Part shown: positions 11,931-25,697 of the stretch, piece after piece
How positions within the stretch are numbered: the stretch's first letter is position 1
How the letters are laid out: every line of letters begins with the position of its first letter
From: Pristiophorus japonicus
Lineage: Eukaryota
Assembly (NCBI RefSeq): GCF_044704955.1
Contig: NC_091995.1
Coordinates: forward strand, 17,732,001 to 17,796,000
Direction of reading: 5' to 3'
DNA length: 64,000 nt
Program-made: the position numbers and the translations under genes
The notes under the pieces: generated by a model
Database searches by the model: none
The model's input: the letters and a program-made list of their open reading frames with translations, nothing else
What the model was told of the DNA's origin: nothing

Positions 11931-12669
11931 TTTGTTACAACTGGCCTACAGAAGAAAATATATGGGCTTAGGTTACAAATGGCTTGTGCTATAGATACGG
12001 GCTGGAGGGGAAATCATGTTCAACTGTATTGCAGTATGAGAAACACTGCAGCAAGGACATTTTAGCCTCTGGCTCTATGTGTCCTATTCGTCTGCCTCTG
12101 TGCTCTACATATGTATGAGCTATGTGTGAGTATTCACAAATCGTGGGTTTCTGTAACAAACAGAGTAATGCCTGGTAATTTCTATTCCCTTATGCCTTTT
12201 TATCTTGACAAGATCACTGCTGGAAGCACCATTGCAGTTGAAAACTTATCCTTCACTGTCGCAACTGAAGGACATACTCCAGCCTTTAGATCTCAGAGGA
12301 TGCAAATGGCGCGAATGCATTAACACTTAAGATTCAGGACATGGCGGATGGATCCTAAGTGAAGTACCGAGGAGTTAATCAGAAAGGTTGCAGATTCATT
12401 TAAAGTAACAGATGTTTACACTGTGGGATTCTAGGGCTGATGCCCGCAACGCAGAACTTTGAAAACATCTACAGACAACAAATTTTACCACAGGTGGATT
12501 TTATTTTAGTTCTGAGTGTACTATCACATAAGATTATTTAATAACTTTTATTTATATAGAGCCTTTAATGTAGTAAAACGTCCCAAGATGCTTCACAACA
12601 GTATTACAGACAAACAGATAAATTTGACAATTACAGTAAAGTTGGTCTCATTCTTACATAATACATATA

Positions 12670-13010
12670 TTCATAGAATGGTTACAGCACAGTAGGAGGC
12701 CATTCGTCCCGTCGAACCCCTGCTGGCTCTCTGCAAGAGCACTTAGGCTAGTCCCACTGCTGCACGCTTTCCCGTAGCAGTGCCATTTATTTTTCCTTCA
12801 AAACTTATCCAATTCCCTTTTACGATTGAGACTGTCTCCACCACCCTCTCAGGCAGAGCTTTTCAGATCCTAACTCACTGCGTGAAAAAAGTTTCCCTCA
12901 TGTCGCCTTTGGATCTTCTGCCAAGCACCTTAAATCTGTGTCCTCTGGTCCTTCAGCATTGTGGGAACCGTTTCTCTCTATCTATTCTATCCAGACCCCT
13001 CATGATATTG
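12670..13010 (-). mobile_element. CR1-like 3' fragment
   Basis: catagaat tail; homologous to 4680-5192 on the opposite strand. Confidence 0.75.
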
Positions 13011-13389
13011 AACATGTGGTACTGATATTCCAATAGAACAATAAAAAACAGAAAATTGAGTCGCGAATGTGATATTAATGAAATAGAGTTTCTACACTAA
13101 ATGGTAATATTGATCCAATTATGTGCATTTTTATTCTTGAATCTAAAGTGTGCTTTCTTGAGGTTTACTCATGCATGTGCAAATGAGTTACTCCTGCACC
13201 TGTGGCCAGCAAGCATGACGAACGACAATTGAATCCCAATGCTTTAATAATGTGAAAATAATGAGAGCTCCTGTCCAGGAAAGGGAATTAGCACTAAAAA
13301 ATAATATTTATGCATTCACCGATGTTTATTCGGAGCTAGCAGGCTAAGCTGATAATGTCAACAATGAGTGGTTATCAAGCCAAGCATTT

Positions 13390-14010
13390 GATTTGAGTTA
13401 CACTGCAGCAACTCGGCAAGGCTTCTTCGGTAGCACTTCTCAAAGCCGCGACCTCTACCACCTAGAAGAACAAGGTCAGCAGGAGCATGGGTACACCCCC
13501 ACCTCCAAGTTCCCTTCCAAGTCACACACCATCCTGACTTGGAAATATATTGGCCATTGCTTCAACATCGCTGGGTCAAAATCCTGGAACTCCCTCCCTA
13601 ACAGCACTGTGGGCGAACCATCATCTCACAGAATGCAGCGGCTCAAGAAAGTGGCAAACCATCGAAACATAGAAACATAGAAACATAGAAAATAGGTGCA
13701 GGAGTAGGCCATTCGGCCCTTCGAGCCTGTACCACCATTCAATGAGTTAATGGCTGAACATGCAACTTCAGTACCCCATTCTTGTTTTCTCGCCATACCT
13801 CTTGATCCCCCTAGTAGTAAGGACTACATCTAACTCCTTTTTGAATATATTTAGTGAATTGGCCTCAACAGAAGAGAATTCCACAGGTTCACCACTCTCT
13901 GGGTGAAGAAATTTCTCCTCATCTCGATGCTAAATGGCTTACCCCTTCTCACCACCGTCGCAAGGGAAATCAGGGATGGGCAATCAATGCTGGCCTTGCC
14001 AGTGATGTGC
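13390..14010 (+). mobile_element. LINE 3' fragment (CR1/L2 group) interrupted by a young minus-strand CR1 3' end (~13662-13950)
   Basis: GSKSWNSLPNS motif and agggatgggcaatcaatgctggcc end. The nested piece is near-identical to 2589-2880. Confidence 0.7.
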
Positions 14011-14449
14011 ACATTCCGTAATTGCGCATGGGTCTTTTGGAACTACTGGGCGCTGCAAATACAGCAACATCAGAAAGGTTATGGTTAGGGGCATCTGCTG
14101 CTCTTCGCCCAATTTGCCTGCATTGGCTGTGCCCAGGAGACTGAATAGTCCAGGCTTAGGAAAGAGGAAAGCCTGCCACTTAAAAGATTACCTGTTCACT
14201 TTCATTTCCGCCGAATCACTCAACTGGCTGATTTCTAGCCAAATAATTTTTTTTTTCTGTTTTATATGCCTTGTTCATTGTTAAACCATTCAATAATGCT
14301 TTGGATGCTTTTATACTGTAACAACTGCCTGAGAGCAGCAGCGACATAATAGGGATGCAGGCAGATGGAATCTTGTTTGGTTCCTAATCGAATTCTCCTA
14401 AACAAAAGAGAGCTCAGAACTGCATACTTATGGGCCCAGGTAACAGTCT

Positions 14450-15060
14450 AAAACATTTTAATTTATATAGCACCTTTCACGGTCAGTGGACATCCCACAG
14501 CATTTAATACGGCCTGTTAAGCGCATTTTTAACGTGCAGGCGCTGTTATGATAAAGGAAACACGGCAGCCAATTTGCCCACAGCAAGCTCCCACAAACAG
14601 CAATGTGATAATGACCGGATAACCTGTTTCAGTGATGATAATTGAGAAGTATATATAACACTTCAACCACCATCTACCCCACCTATGGCAGAATCTGTAG
14701 ATCCCGCATAGGTCACCTTAGAACCCATAATATTGGTATGGAAGCAAGTCATCCTCGACTCCGGTGGACTGCCTTTGAAGAAGATTGGCCAGAACAGCGG
14801 GGATAACGCAGACAGAAGGTACACGGAAACTCCCCGCTACTCTTCTTTGAAATAGTGCCATGGGTTATTTTACACCCACCTGAGAGGGAAGATGGGCCTT
14901 GGTTTAAAATCTCATTCGAAAGATGGCACCTCGGATATAACAGCACTCCTTCAGCGCTGCACTGGAGTGTCAGCACAGATTTTGTGCTCAAGTCTATGGA
15001 GTGGGAACTGAACCCACAGATTGACAGGCGAGGGTGCTACCCACTGAGGCACGATTGACA
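14450..15060 (-). mobile_element. SacSINE1-like SINE with a nested RTE 3' end (~14655-14785, + strand)
   Basis: Deu-domain strings in reverse. The insert ggaagcaagtcatcctcgactccggtggactgcc matches the RTE end at 49560-49595. Confidence 0.7.
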
Positions 15061-15547
15061 GGCAGCCGCCTACTGTCCTCGATATACTTTGAACCCGGAC
15101 CAAAGTAATCAGCAGTTGAATTTCTATGAGCATTCTCCCAGTCATTCTAAGTAACTTCCTCTTACATTCGCAGAAGAAACAGGAGTAGGAGTTGATCATT
15201 CGGGATAAAGGCACTAATGAACAACAGAATAGATTAGATTGAGTTTATAATGTGATATATTGATTTTTTCTAATAGTGTAAGAACCAACGTAATTATAAT
15301 TCTGAAGTACAAAGAAGGAGATGAGCAGCTGAGTGACTAAGGAATAGAATGTAACAAACTTGGGGATAGATCAGACTGTGGCACTATCACAGACGTGAAT
15401 TGAAATATGGCAAACTCCATTGAGCTCTGTCCATTGCGGTTAATTTCACATTGATTACCTGCCCCAGCATGACGTATCCCGAAAATGTGTTTATGATCTG
15501 TTACGAGTGGGCTGTATAGCTTTAAGATCTCGCTACATACGGACCTT

Positions 15548-16010
15548 CATAGAATCATAGAATCGGTACAGCACGGAAGAAGACCATTCGGCTCGTCAAG
15601 CCCGTGCTGACTGTCTGACAGTCCCACTCCCCCACCCTTTCGCTGCAGCCCTACAATTTTTTCCCCTTCAGATCATCATCTAACTCCCTTTTGTACGATA
15701 AGATAGAGTCTGCCTCCACCATCCTTTTAGGCAGTGCATTCCAGATCCGAACCACTCGCTGCGTAAAAAAGTTTTTCTTACGTCGCCTTTGGTTCTTTTG
15801 CCAATCACCTTAAATCTGTGTCCATTGGTTATCGAAATGTCTGCCAATGAGAAAAGTTTCTCTCGATCTACTCTCCTCAGTCCCCTCATGATTTTGAACA
15901 CCTCTATCAAATCTCCTCTCAATCACCTCTGCTCCAAGGAGAACAACACCAGCTTCTCTTGTCCATCAACGTACCTGATGTCGCTCATTCCTGGAATCAT
16001 TCTCATAAAT
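15548..16010 (-). mobile_element. CR1-like 3' fragment
   Basis: ORF 15680..15922 RGDLIEVFKIMRGL; (catagaat)n tail. Confidence 0.8.
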
Positions 16011-16279
16011 CCTGTAGGTTCTGTGAACTTTGAAACTTAATAAAGCGATAAATCAATCTATAACGCATTTAGATACCTTGAACATACTAGGTGAATACCC
16101 ACACCCAGGCCAGTGCTTACTGAGCCATCCTCTAAAGAAAGCAAGTGGCATTAGAGATGTGCAAAGTAACATGACACAAAACTTCCCCTGCCTTTTTATT
16201 TTAATTTTGTTTATCTCTGGTTCGCATGGCAGCTAGTAATTATTCCACCATTCACACCGTCTCTGAGAGGTGAACCTAT

Positions 16280-16662
16280 CGACATATATAAGATAATGAG
16301 GGGGCTCGACAAGGTGGATGCAGAGAGGATATTTCTACTCATAGGGAAATCTAAAACTTTGGGACATACTCTCATAATAAGGGGGCTCCCATTTAAAACT
16401 GAGATGATGAGGAATTTCTTCTCTCAGAAGGTTATAAATGTATGAAATTCTCTGCCCCATAGAGCTGTGGAGGCTGGGTCATTGAATATATTTAAGAAGG
16501 AGATAGACCGATTTTTGAGCGATAAGTGAATAAAGGGTTATTGGGAGCAGGCAGCTATGTGGAGCTGAGTCTATGATCGGATCAACCATGATCTTATTAA
16601 ATGGCAGAGCAAACTCGAGGGGCCAGGTGGCCTAATCCTGCTCCTATTTCTTATGTTCTTAT
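16280..16662 (+). mobile_element. CR1-like 3' fragment
   Basis: RT C-terminus homology; ttcttatgttcttatg tail. Confidence 0.8.
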
Positions 16663-16739
16663 GTTAGTATGTTTTGGACTCATCTTTTGTTTCCAAACTT
16701 GTGCCATTACCATTTCAATGCGACCAATCAACCCCTTTG

Positions 16740-17355
16740 ACCCTCAAATCTCTTCTGCTTTCCATCCTATCACAGACCTTCCCTTTTGTTCTTTGCACCT
16801 CTCCCACTTAATAATCTGTTACATTTCGAACCATTGCCAGTTCTGACGAAGGGTCAATAACCTTATATGTTAACTCTGTTTCTCTCTCCACATATGCTGC
16901 CTGACACGCTGAGATTCCCAACATTTTCGGCTTTTATTTCAGATTCCAGCACGCGCAGTATTTTGCTTTTGTTCACATGTAGAGGACCTGCGCAGCCTCC
17001 AGGAAAGTCAGTAATTCCCCTTCAAGAATTGGGCCTGTGACGTCAAAGTTCAGATTATCCAAACATAAATCCCGTAATAATAGGAAATATTAAACCATAA
17101 ATACACTGTATAATATCAAACTGCGACTGCAGTGGGAAAAAACACAAGCAAAGCACTGCTGATGTTGGAAATCCGAAACTAAAAATGAAAATGGTAGGAA
17201 AGCCTCAGCAGGTCAGGTAGAAAGAGAGATAATTAGAGTTAACGGTTCAGGTCGATTAACTTTCAGTAGACTGGGAGATTTTCGAGGTGAAATTCTTATA
17301 AGCATGTACAGAGCCAGGGAAATTTTTTAAAAAGATTAATGTCTGTGATAGGTGT
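16740..17355. mobile_element. Two oppositely oriented decayed Penelope-like/short-repeat ends (16740-16975 +, 17145-17355 -); relatives at ~18270-18400, 55060-55200 and 61770-62070
   Basis: Recurring ctgacgaagggtc...tgctgcctgac...ttttatttcagattccagca string typical of shark repeats. Family assignment from memory only. Confidence 0.4.
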
Positions 17356-17399
17356 GGCGGGCACTCATTGGAGGACTACTGTACTTGATTGGGACTTGT

Positions 17400-17890
17400 A
17401 AGAATCATGACAGTATACCAGAATGATACGAGAAATGCGAGGGTGTACCTATCAGTAAAGGATGAACAGGCTGGGTTTTTTTATCTCTTGAAAAAAGAAG
17501 ACTGGGGTGACCTAATAGAGGTCTTTAAAATTATGAAAGGTTTAGATAGAGTAGATACAGAGAGAATGTGTCTACTTGTGGGGAAGAAAGTAATTAGAGG
17601 CCATCAATATAAAATAGTCACTAAGAAATCCAATATGGAATTCAGAACAAACTTATTTATCCAGAGAGTGGTGAGAATGTGGAACTCGCTACCACAGGGA
17701 GTGGATGAGGCGATTAGTAGAGATGCCTTTAAGGGGCGGCTAGACATTCATATGAGGGAGAAGGGAATAGAGCATCATACTGATAGATTTAGATCAGAAA
17801 GACGGAGTGGAAAGTGAACGCCGGCATGGGCTGGTTGGGCCGAATGGCCTGTTTCTGTGCCGCCTATCCAAAGTAATCCTATGTAATACG
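17400..17890 (+). mobile_element. CR1-like 3' fragment
   Basis: ORF 17389..17817 GDLIEVFKIMKGLDRVD...QRVVRMWNSLP. Confidence 0.8.
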
Positions 17891-20074
17891 ATAGTCGATG
17901 ACATTCAATGCCAATATCGGCTTAGACATACTTTTTGTTGGAGCCTGGCCATGAGACATGTTACTGTTTACACCCCCGATGATGCTGTCTGATGGACTCC
18001 ATTGATACATGTTTGACTGTGTCACTATGTCTCCTTTATTTTGTTCCATGTTAGAATTAAATAATTAGCTTATTCGCAATGTGCTCTTTCGGATTAATGT
18101 AAGTTTCCTTACTTTGAACCTGCAATTATATCTCGCTCCTGGAAGGGAGAGAACGCTGCTTTAAATGCACTGCGTCTACCCTCCTATCGGAGATTCTAAA
18201 TAGGCATTTACAATAAGATTCAAAATTAAACGTGTATATTGAGGAAGACAACAGCAGCACTACATAAATAGAACGCGCACTTAATCTAAAAACAAAGTAG
18301 AGCATTCTGTCAGTAGACAGCAGGTTAGTCAGCACCTGTGGAGAGAAAATCTGGATAAACATTTTGGGCGGGACCGTTCTGTAGAACTGAAACAATGAGA
18401 GGGGTTGGATAAAGAGTTGCTAATACCTCAATAACAGGAGTTGAATAGATTGAACCTGCTCAAAACAAGAACAGAGCGATTATTAGATGATACAAAGCAT
18501 TGAAAAGTTAGGAGCACAAAAACATTGTCTCAAGAGGGGGGCGGGGGACACAGAAGAGGCCAGCATAAAAGACCCTGTTCTGCCGCCCCCCCCCCACCCC
18601 CCAGAGCTGTCTCCCGACTGCACTTCAACCCCCCACTGTAGAACTCTCACAGCAACATTAGCTTGCATCTATGTAGCGATTTCAATGTGAAATATAGCCC
18701 CACGGCACTTCACAATGGCACCAGGAAAGATCTACGCCAAGCCAACGGAGAAGATGTTACAAATCGATGAAAACTCGATGAAAGTGGCGGGTTTTAAGGT
18801 GGGCTTAAAAGGAAAAGAAGGGGAGAAGGGGTCGATGGGAAGAGGTTCCATAGAATGATGGGGATAGAGAGGGGGAACACAACATGGGACTCAGAGAAGC
18901 CGAGGTCGAGGCGTGGAAGCTTTGCACAGCTGGAGGCGGTGCGAGGCCATGCAGGATTAACATGTGTGTTTCCAATGTTCCGCTTTCCATCTGGCGGCTG
19001 TCTGTTTTTTTTAACTCCCTCCAATTTCTAATGATCTAATTGCCCATTGGCTTTTTCTTTCATAACTTCCTGACTAAGATGATCTTAAAATCCCCTGACG
19101 ATCTCCTGCTTTTCTATTCAGCAGGGTTTTTCATCCCAATAATTGCTGTGGAGCATCTGCTGTTTCCTTCTCTTCAATTTGGTGATTATGTTAAGATGAT
19201 TATTTATTCTCGATTCTACAGAAGAGCTCATTACGAAATCTTAACCTGTCTTTATTATGTTTACAGATGTTGACTCACCTGCTGTGTTCTTTCGGCATTG
19301 TCTGCCCTTGTTTTGCAACATCAACACTGCTCTGTAAGGAAGCGCAGCATTTAGAATCAAGTAAGAAATGATCAACTTGCAGCTCGATAAAAATCCATGT
19401 TCTTGTTATAATCGGAACCACCCCCACAGCCCCGCCCCCATCACAAATATAGAATCATAGATGTTTACGGTACAGAGAGGTTAATAAGCAGCCGGCATAG
19501 ATTTAAAGTAATTGATGGAAGGATTAGAGTGGAGTTACATAGGATTAGATAGGATTGCATAGGATATACGGCACAGAAACAGGCCATTCACCCCAACCAA
19601 TCCATGCCGGCGTTTATAATAGAATCATAGAAATTTACAGCACCGAAGGAAGCGTTTCGTCCCATTCTGTCCGCGCCAGTCGACAAAGAGCTATCCAGCC
19701 TAATTCCACTTTCAAGCTCTTGACCCATAGTCTCGTAAGATACAGCACTTCAACTGCATAACTAAATACTTTTTAAATGTGGCGAGGATTTCTGCCTCTA
19801 CCACCCTTTCAGGCAGTGAGTTCCAGAACCCCACATCCTCTGGGTGGAAAGAAAATCCCCATAAATCCCTGCTAAACCTCCGATCAACTGCTTTAAATCT
19901 ATGCCCCCTGGTTGTTCCCCCCTGTGCTAAGGGAAATAATGATTTCCCATCGACTCTAACTAGGCCCCTCATAACTTTATACACCTCAAATAGCTTTCCG
20001 CTCAGTTTCCTCTATTGCAAAGAAAACAACCCCTGTCTATCCAATTTATCCTAATAGCTAAAATTCTCCAGTTC

Positions 20075-21828
20075 AATCCCCTGGACCTGATGGCTTGCAT
20101 CCTAGGGTCTTAAAAGAAGTAGCGGAATGGATATTGGATGCATTGGTTGTAATTTACCAACATTCCCTTGATTCTGGGGAGGTTCCAGCAATTGGAAAAC
20201 TGCAAACACCTGTATTCAAAAAGGAGGCAGACAAAAAGCAGGAAACTATAGATCGGGTAGCCTAACATCTGTGGTTGGGGCAATGTTGGAGTCCATTATT
20301 AAAGAGGCAGTGGCAGGACATTTTGGAAAGCATAATTCAATCAGGCAGTGTCAGCATGGATTTATGAAAGGCAAGTCATGTTTGACAAATTTGCTGGAAT
20401 TCTTTGAGGATGTAACAAACAGGGTGGATAAAGGGGAACCAGAGGATATGGTGTATTTGGATTTCCAGAAGGCATTTGACAAGTTGCCACATAAACGATT
20501 ACTGCACAAGATAAAATTTCACGGGGTTGGGGATAAGACATTAGCATGGATAGAGGACCGACGAAATAACAGAAAATGGAGAGTCGGGATAAATGGTTGA
20601 ATCTCACGTTGTCAATCAGTAACTAGTGGGATGCCGCAGGATCATTGCTGGGAACCCAACTATTTACAACCTATATTAATGAGTTGGATGAATGGACCGA
20701 GTGTAATGTAACCAAAAGTGCTGATGATAGAAAGATGGGAGGAAAAGTAATGTGTGAGGAGGACACAAAAAACCTGCCAAAGGACATATACAGGCTAAGT
20801 GAGTGGGCACGAATTTGGCAGATGGAGTATAATGTTGGAAAGTGTGAGGCTTTGCACTTGGCAGAAATAAACCGAGAAACAAGTTATTATTTTTAAATGG
20901 AGTAGAATTGCAAAATGCTGCAGTACTGCAGGACCTGCGGGTCCTACTACACGAAACACAAACGGCTAGTGTGCAGGTACCGCAAGTGATCAGGAAGGCC
21001 AATGGAGTCTTGGCCTTTATTGCCAAGGGAATGGAGTATAACAGCAGGGAAGTCTTCCTACAATTATACAGGTTATTGGTGAGGCCATACCTGGAATACT
21101 GCGTGCAGTTCTGGTTTCCATGTTGAAAAAAGGATATTCTTGCTTTTGAGGCAGTTCAGAGAATGTTTGCTAGGTTGATTCCGGAGATGAGGAGGTTGCC
21201 TTATGAGGAAAGGTTGAGTAAGTTGGGCCTCTACTCATTGGAACTCAGAACAATGAGCTGATCTTATGGAAACTGTTAAGATTATGAGGGAGCCTGACAA
21301 GGTGGATGCAGAGAGGATGTTTCCACTGATAGGAGAGACTGGAACTAGTGGGTATAATCTTCAAATAAGGGACCACCAATTTAAAACTGGGATGGGGAGG
21401 AATTTCCTCTCTCAGAGGGTGGTAAATCTGTGGAATTCACTACCTCAGAGAGCTGTGGAAGCTGGGTCATTGATTAAATTTAAGACAGAGGTAGACAGAT
21501 AACAGATTGTCTAGTTCCAGTCTCCCCTATCAATGGAAACATCCTCTCTGCATCCACCTTGTCAGGCTCCCTCATAATATTAACAGTTTCCATAAGATCA
21601 CCTCATTCCTCTGAGTTCCAGTGAGTAGAGGCCCAACTTACTCAACCTATCCTCATAAGGCAACCCCCTCATCTCCGGAATCAACAGATAAGGGAATAAG
21701 GGGTTATGGGGAGCTGGCAGGGAAGTGGACCTGAGTCCATGATCGGATCAGCCATGATCGTATAAAATGGTGGAGCAGGCTCGAGGGGACCCTATTGCCT
21801 ACTCCTGTTCCTATTTCTTACGTTCTTA
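20075..21828 (+). mobile_element. Nested CR1-like LINE (RT to tail) containing an inverted duplication
   Basis: ORFs 20271..20600 (YLDFQKAFDK), 20645..20896, 20908..21126 and 21266..21502. Confidence 0.85.
21174..21685. repeat. 175-bp inverted repeat (21174-21348 / 21511-21685) with 162-bp spacer
   Basis: The second arm is the reverse complement of the first, with about a dozen mismatches. Confidence 0.9.
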
Positions 21829-23849
21829 ACATCCTCTTAAATCTCCTCCATACCCTCACTAATGCAATCGCAGCTTTCCTGTAATGTGGTGACCAGAAGT
21901 GCAATCAGTACTATAGATGTGATCTAACTACTGTTTTATATAGTTTAAGCAGAACCTACCAGCTCTTATATTCTCTTCTGGCTAATAAAGGCAAGTACCT
22001 CGTATGTCTTCTTAACCACCTTATCTACCTGTCCTGCTACCTTCAGGGATGTGTTGACATGCACTCCAAGGTCCCTCTTTTCCTCTGCACTTCTCAGTGT
22101 CCCACCATTTAATGTGCATTCCCTTGCCTTGTTCGTCCTTCCCAAATGCATTACCTCACACTTCACTGGATTGATTACCATTTGCCACTTTTCTGCCCAC
22201 TTAAACAGTTCATTGATATACTGCTGCAGTCTAGTTTCTTCTTCATTATCAAGCACACAGCCAATTTTTGTATCATCTGCAAACTTCTTAATCATACTCC
22301 CTACATTCTCAAAACCAATGATATATACCACACAAAGCAAGGGATATAGTACTCAGCCTTGCGGAACCCCACTGTAAACAGCCTTCCAGTCACAAAAACA
22401 CCAATCGACCATTACCCTTTGCTTCCTATCTCTGAGACAATTATGGATACAACATGCAACTTTGCCTTGGATCCCATGGGCTTTTACATTCGTGACCAGT
22501 CTGCCATGTAGGACCTTATTCAAATCCTTGCTAAAATCCACATAAACTACATGAACTGCACTACCCTCATTGACCCTCCTTGTTACCTCCTCAAAAAAAT
22601 CAACCAAGTTAGTCAGAAACGACCTTCCCTTACCAAATCCATGCTGACTGCTCTTGATTAATCTGTGCCTTTCTAAATGAAGATTTATCCTGTCCTTCAG
22701 ACTTTTTTCTAATAATTTTCTCACCACCGAGGTTAGGCTGACTGGCCTGTAATTACACGGTCTATCTGTGTCTCCCTTTTGAAACAATGGTGTAACGTTA
22801 GCAATCCTCCAGTCCTCCGGCAGCACCTCTGTAGCCTAAGTGGATTGGAACATGATGGTTCTGCTCTTTCCTCCCTTTCTTCTCTTAATAGCCGTGAATA
22901 CATTTCATCTGGGACTGGGAATTTATCTTCTTTCAAAGATACTAATTCCCTTAATACTTCCTCTCTCACTGTGTTTATTTAATCTAATAGTTCACAATCC
23001 TGCTCCCTGATTGCAATGTCTGCATCGCCCTCACTTTTGTGAAAACAGACGTAAGAACCATACCCACGTCTTCTGCCTCCACACACATATTGCATTTATG
23101 GTCTCTAATAGGCCCGACTCTTTCTTTAGTTATCCTATTGCTCTAAATGTATTCAGAAATCATCTTTGCTTGAATTTACTTGCCAAATTATTTTTGTGCT
23201 CTCTCTTTGCTTTCCAATTTCCTTTTTCATTGCACCCTTGCCCTTTCTATACTTCTCTAGAGTTTCTGCAGTACTGAGCTCTCGTTATCTGTAATAAGCC
23301 TTCCTTTTTAAAAATCCTACCCGGTATGCCCCTTGACATCTAGGGAACTCTACCTTTGTTATTGCCCCATTTTTTTTAAAGAGAACATACTTGCTCTGAA
23401 CCGTCACGATCTCCTCCTTGATTGCCTCCCTGCTCTGACACCGATTTACCTTTAAGTGGCTGGTTACATTCAACGTTGGCTAAACCACATCTCAGCTTAG
23501 TAAAATTGGCTTTTCCCTAATTGAGAACTTTTCCCGCTGGTCGATGTTTGTCCTATTCCATAATTACCATATATCTTACTGAATTATGATCACTAGCACC
23601 AAAATGCTCTCCCACTGATAATCCTTGCACTAGCCCAGATTCATTCCCTAAAACTAAGTCAAGAATGGTCCGCTCCCTTGTTGGGCTTACTACATACTGG
23701 CTAAAAAATTTCTCCTGAATGCATTGTAGGAACTCTACACTCTCTATAAGCTTGACACTAATTCTACACCAGTTAATAATTTGATAGTTGAATTCCCCTA
23801 CTATTACTGTCTTATAGTTTATGCTCCACTCGAGACTCCTCTCGTCTTT

Positions 23850-24390
23850 CCTCATCTAAATCTCTCAGGATAACTCTTCTCCGTCATTGGCTTGTCTAGC
23901 CTCCCCTTAAAAGCATCTATACTATTCACTTCAACCACACCCTGTGGTAGAGAGTTCCGCATTTTCACCACCCTCTGCATAAGTACATTTCTTTTTAATT
24001 CCTTATTTGATTTCTTGGTGGCTATCTTATATTGATGGCCTCTTGTTATGCTGCGCCCCACAAGTGGAAACCTTCTCTCCGAATCTGCTCTATCAAAAGC
24101 TTTCCTCATTTTAAAGGCATATATTAGGTCACACCTCAGCCTTCTTTGTTCAAGAGAAAAGAGACCTAGCCTGTTCGTGCTTTCATGATGATGTATACCC
24201 TTGTATTTCTGCTTCCATCCTTGTAAATCTTCTCTGCACAATCTCCAATGTCTCTATATCCTTTTAATAATATGGCGACCTGAACTGTACGCAGTACTCC
24301 AAGTGTGGTTTAATTAAGATCCGATACAGGTTCAGCATAACTTCCCTACTTTTCAATGCTATCCCTCTAGAAATAAACACTGGTGTCGGT
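23850..24390 (-). mobile_element. CR1-like fragment
   Basis: ORF 23852..24241 LGLFSLEQRRLR.DLI. Confidence 0.8.
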
Positions 24391-24559
24391 TTGCATTTTT
24401 TAAGTCAAGGGCAAAATTTTCACCCAGGGATTGGTGGGGAACTGAAATCATTGTCTGACAGGGTGGTGGAGGCAGAAACCATCATCTCATTTAAAAAACT
24501 ACTTCAGTATGCACTTGAAGTGCTATAACCTGCAAGGCTACGGACCAAGAGCTGGATCC

Positions 24560-25697
24560 CATGGGCTTTCGCGAAAGTAATACCCCAAGGTATTCAAGGA
24601 AATGTGGCAAGTTAAATCCATAATTAGTTCAGAGGCAGGAAGCAAAGTTTAATGGTCCGGGAGGTTTTTTTTAATGGAAGGCTTTTTCCAGTGGGGTTGC
24701 TCAGGGCTCAGTACAAGGTGCCTTGCTTTTTTGTGGTATATATCAATGACTTAGACTGGAATGTAGGGGCTTTGTTTAAGAAGTTTGGATATGATACAAA
24801 AATTGGCCATGTGGTTGGTAATGACGAAGAATGCTGTAGACTGCAGGAAGATATCAATGAACTGGTCAGGTGGGCAGACAGTGGCAAATGGAATTCAACT
24901 CAGAGAAGTGGGAGATATTGCATTCGTGGAGGGCTGAAAAGGCAAGGGAATACACAATAAATGGTACAATACTACGAAGTGTAGAGGAACAAAGGGACCT
25001 TAGTGTGCATGTCCACAGATCCCTGAAGGTAGCAGGAGAGGCAGATAAGATGGTAAGAAGGCATACAGAATACATGCCTTTATTAGCTGAGGCATAGAAT
25101 TCAAGAGCACGGATGTTATGCTTGCACTGTATAAAACACTACTTAGGCCACAGCGAGAGCAGTGCGTGCAGTTCCGGTCACCACATTACAGGAAAGATGT
25201 GATTGCACTAGAGCGGCTACAGAGGAGATTTATGAGGATGTTGCCTGGACTGGATAATTTCAACTATGATGAAATATTAGATAGGCTGCTGTTGTTTGCC
25301 TTGGAACAGAGGAGGCTCAGGGCTGACCTCATTCAGGTGTATGAAATTATGAGGGCCTGGATAGAGTGCATACGAAGGACCTGTTTCCCTTAGCTGAGAG
25401 GTTAGCATGCATGAGGCATAGATGTAAAGTAATTGGTAGCAGGTTTAGGGGAATTTGAGGGGAATGTTTTGCGCCTAGAGGGTTGTGGGATTCTGGAACT
25501 CACTGTTGAAAAGGTGATAGAGGCAGAAACTCTCACCACTGTGAAAAAGCTCTTAGATTTGCAATTGACATGCCGTTACCTACAAAGCTACGGACCAAGA
25601 GCTGGAAAATGGGACTAGGCTGGATAGATTTTTCTCCACCGGCACAGACACGGTGGCCCATTGCTCTCCTTCAATGCACTAAATTTCTATGATTCTA
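24560..25697 (+). mobile_element. CR1-like LINE (RT to tail) carrying an unoccupied Tx1 target site at ~25011-25023
   Basis: ORFs 24652..24960, 24870..25097 (DLSVHVHRSLKVAG) and 25118..25393; tttctatgattct tail. Confidence 0.85.

Larger units (their letters stand above)
19620..23830 (-). mobile_element. Decayed CR1-like LINE (EN-RT) interrupted by a + strand CR1 at ~20075-21828
   Basis: ORFs 23553..23855 (IVGEFNY, ASDHN), 22353..22826, 21966..22340 (KFADDTK) and 19712..19984. The two halves are colinear across the insert. Confidence 0.85.

Noticed and set aside
16840-16880. Hammerhead ribozyme core (CTGACGA) in the Penelope-like end
   Set aside because: The required downstream GAAA is absent (tata at that place), so it is at most a decayed relic.
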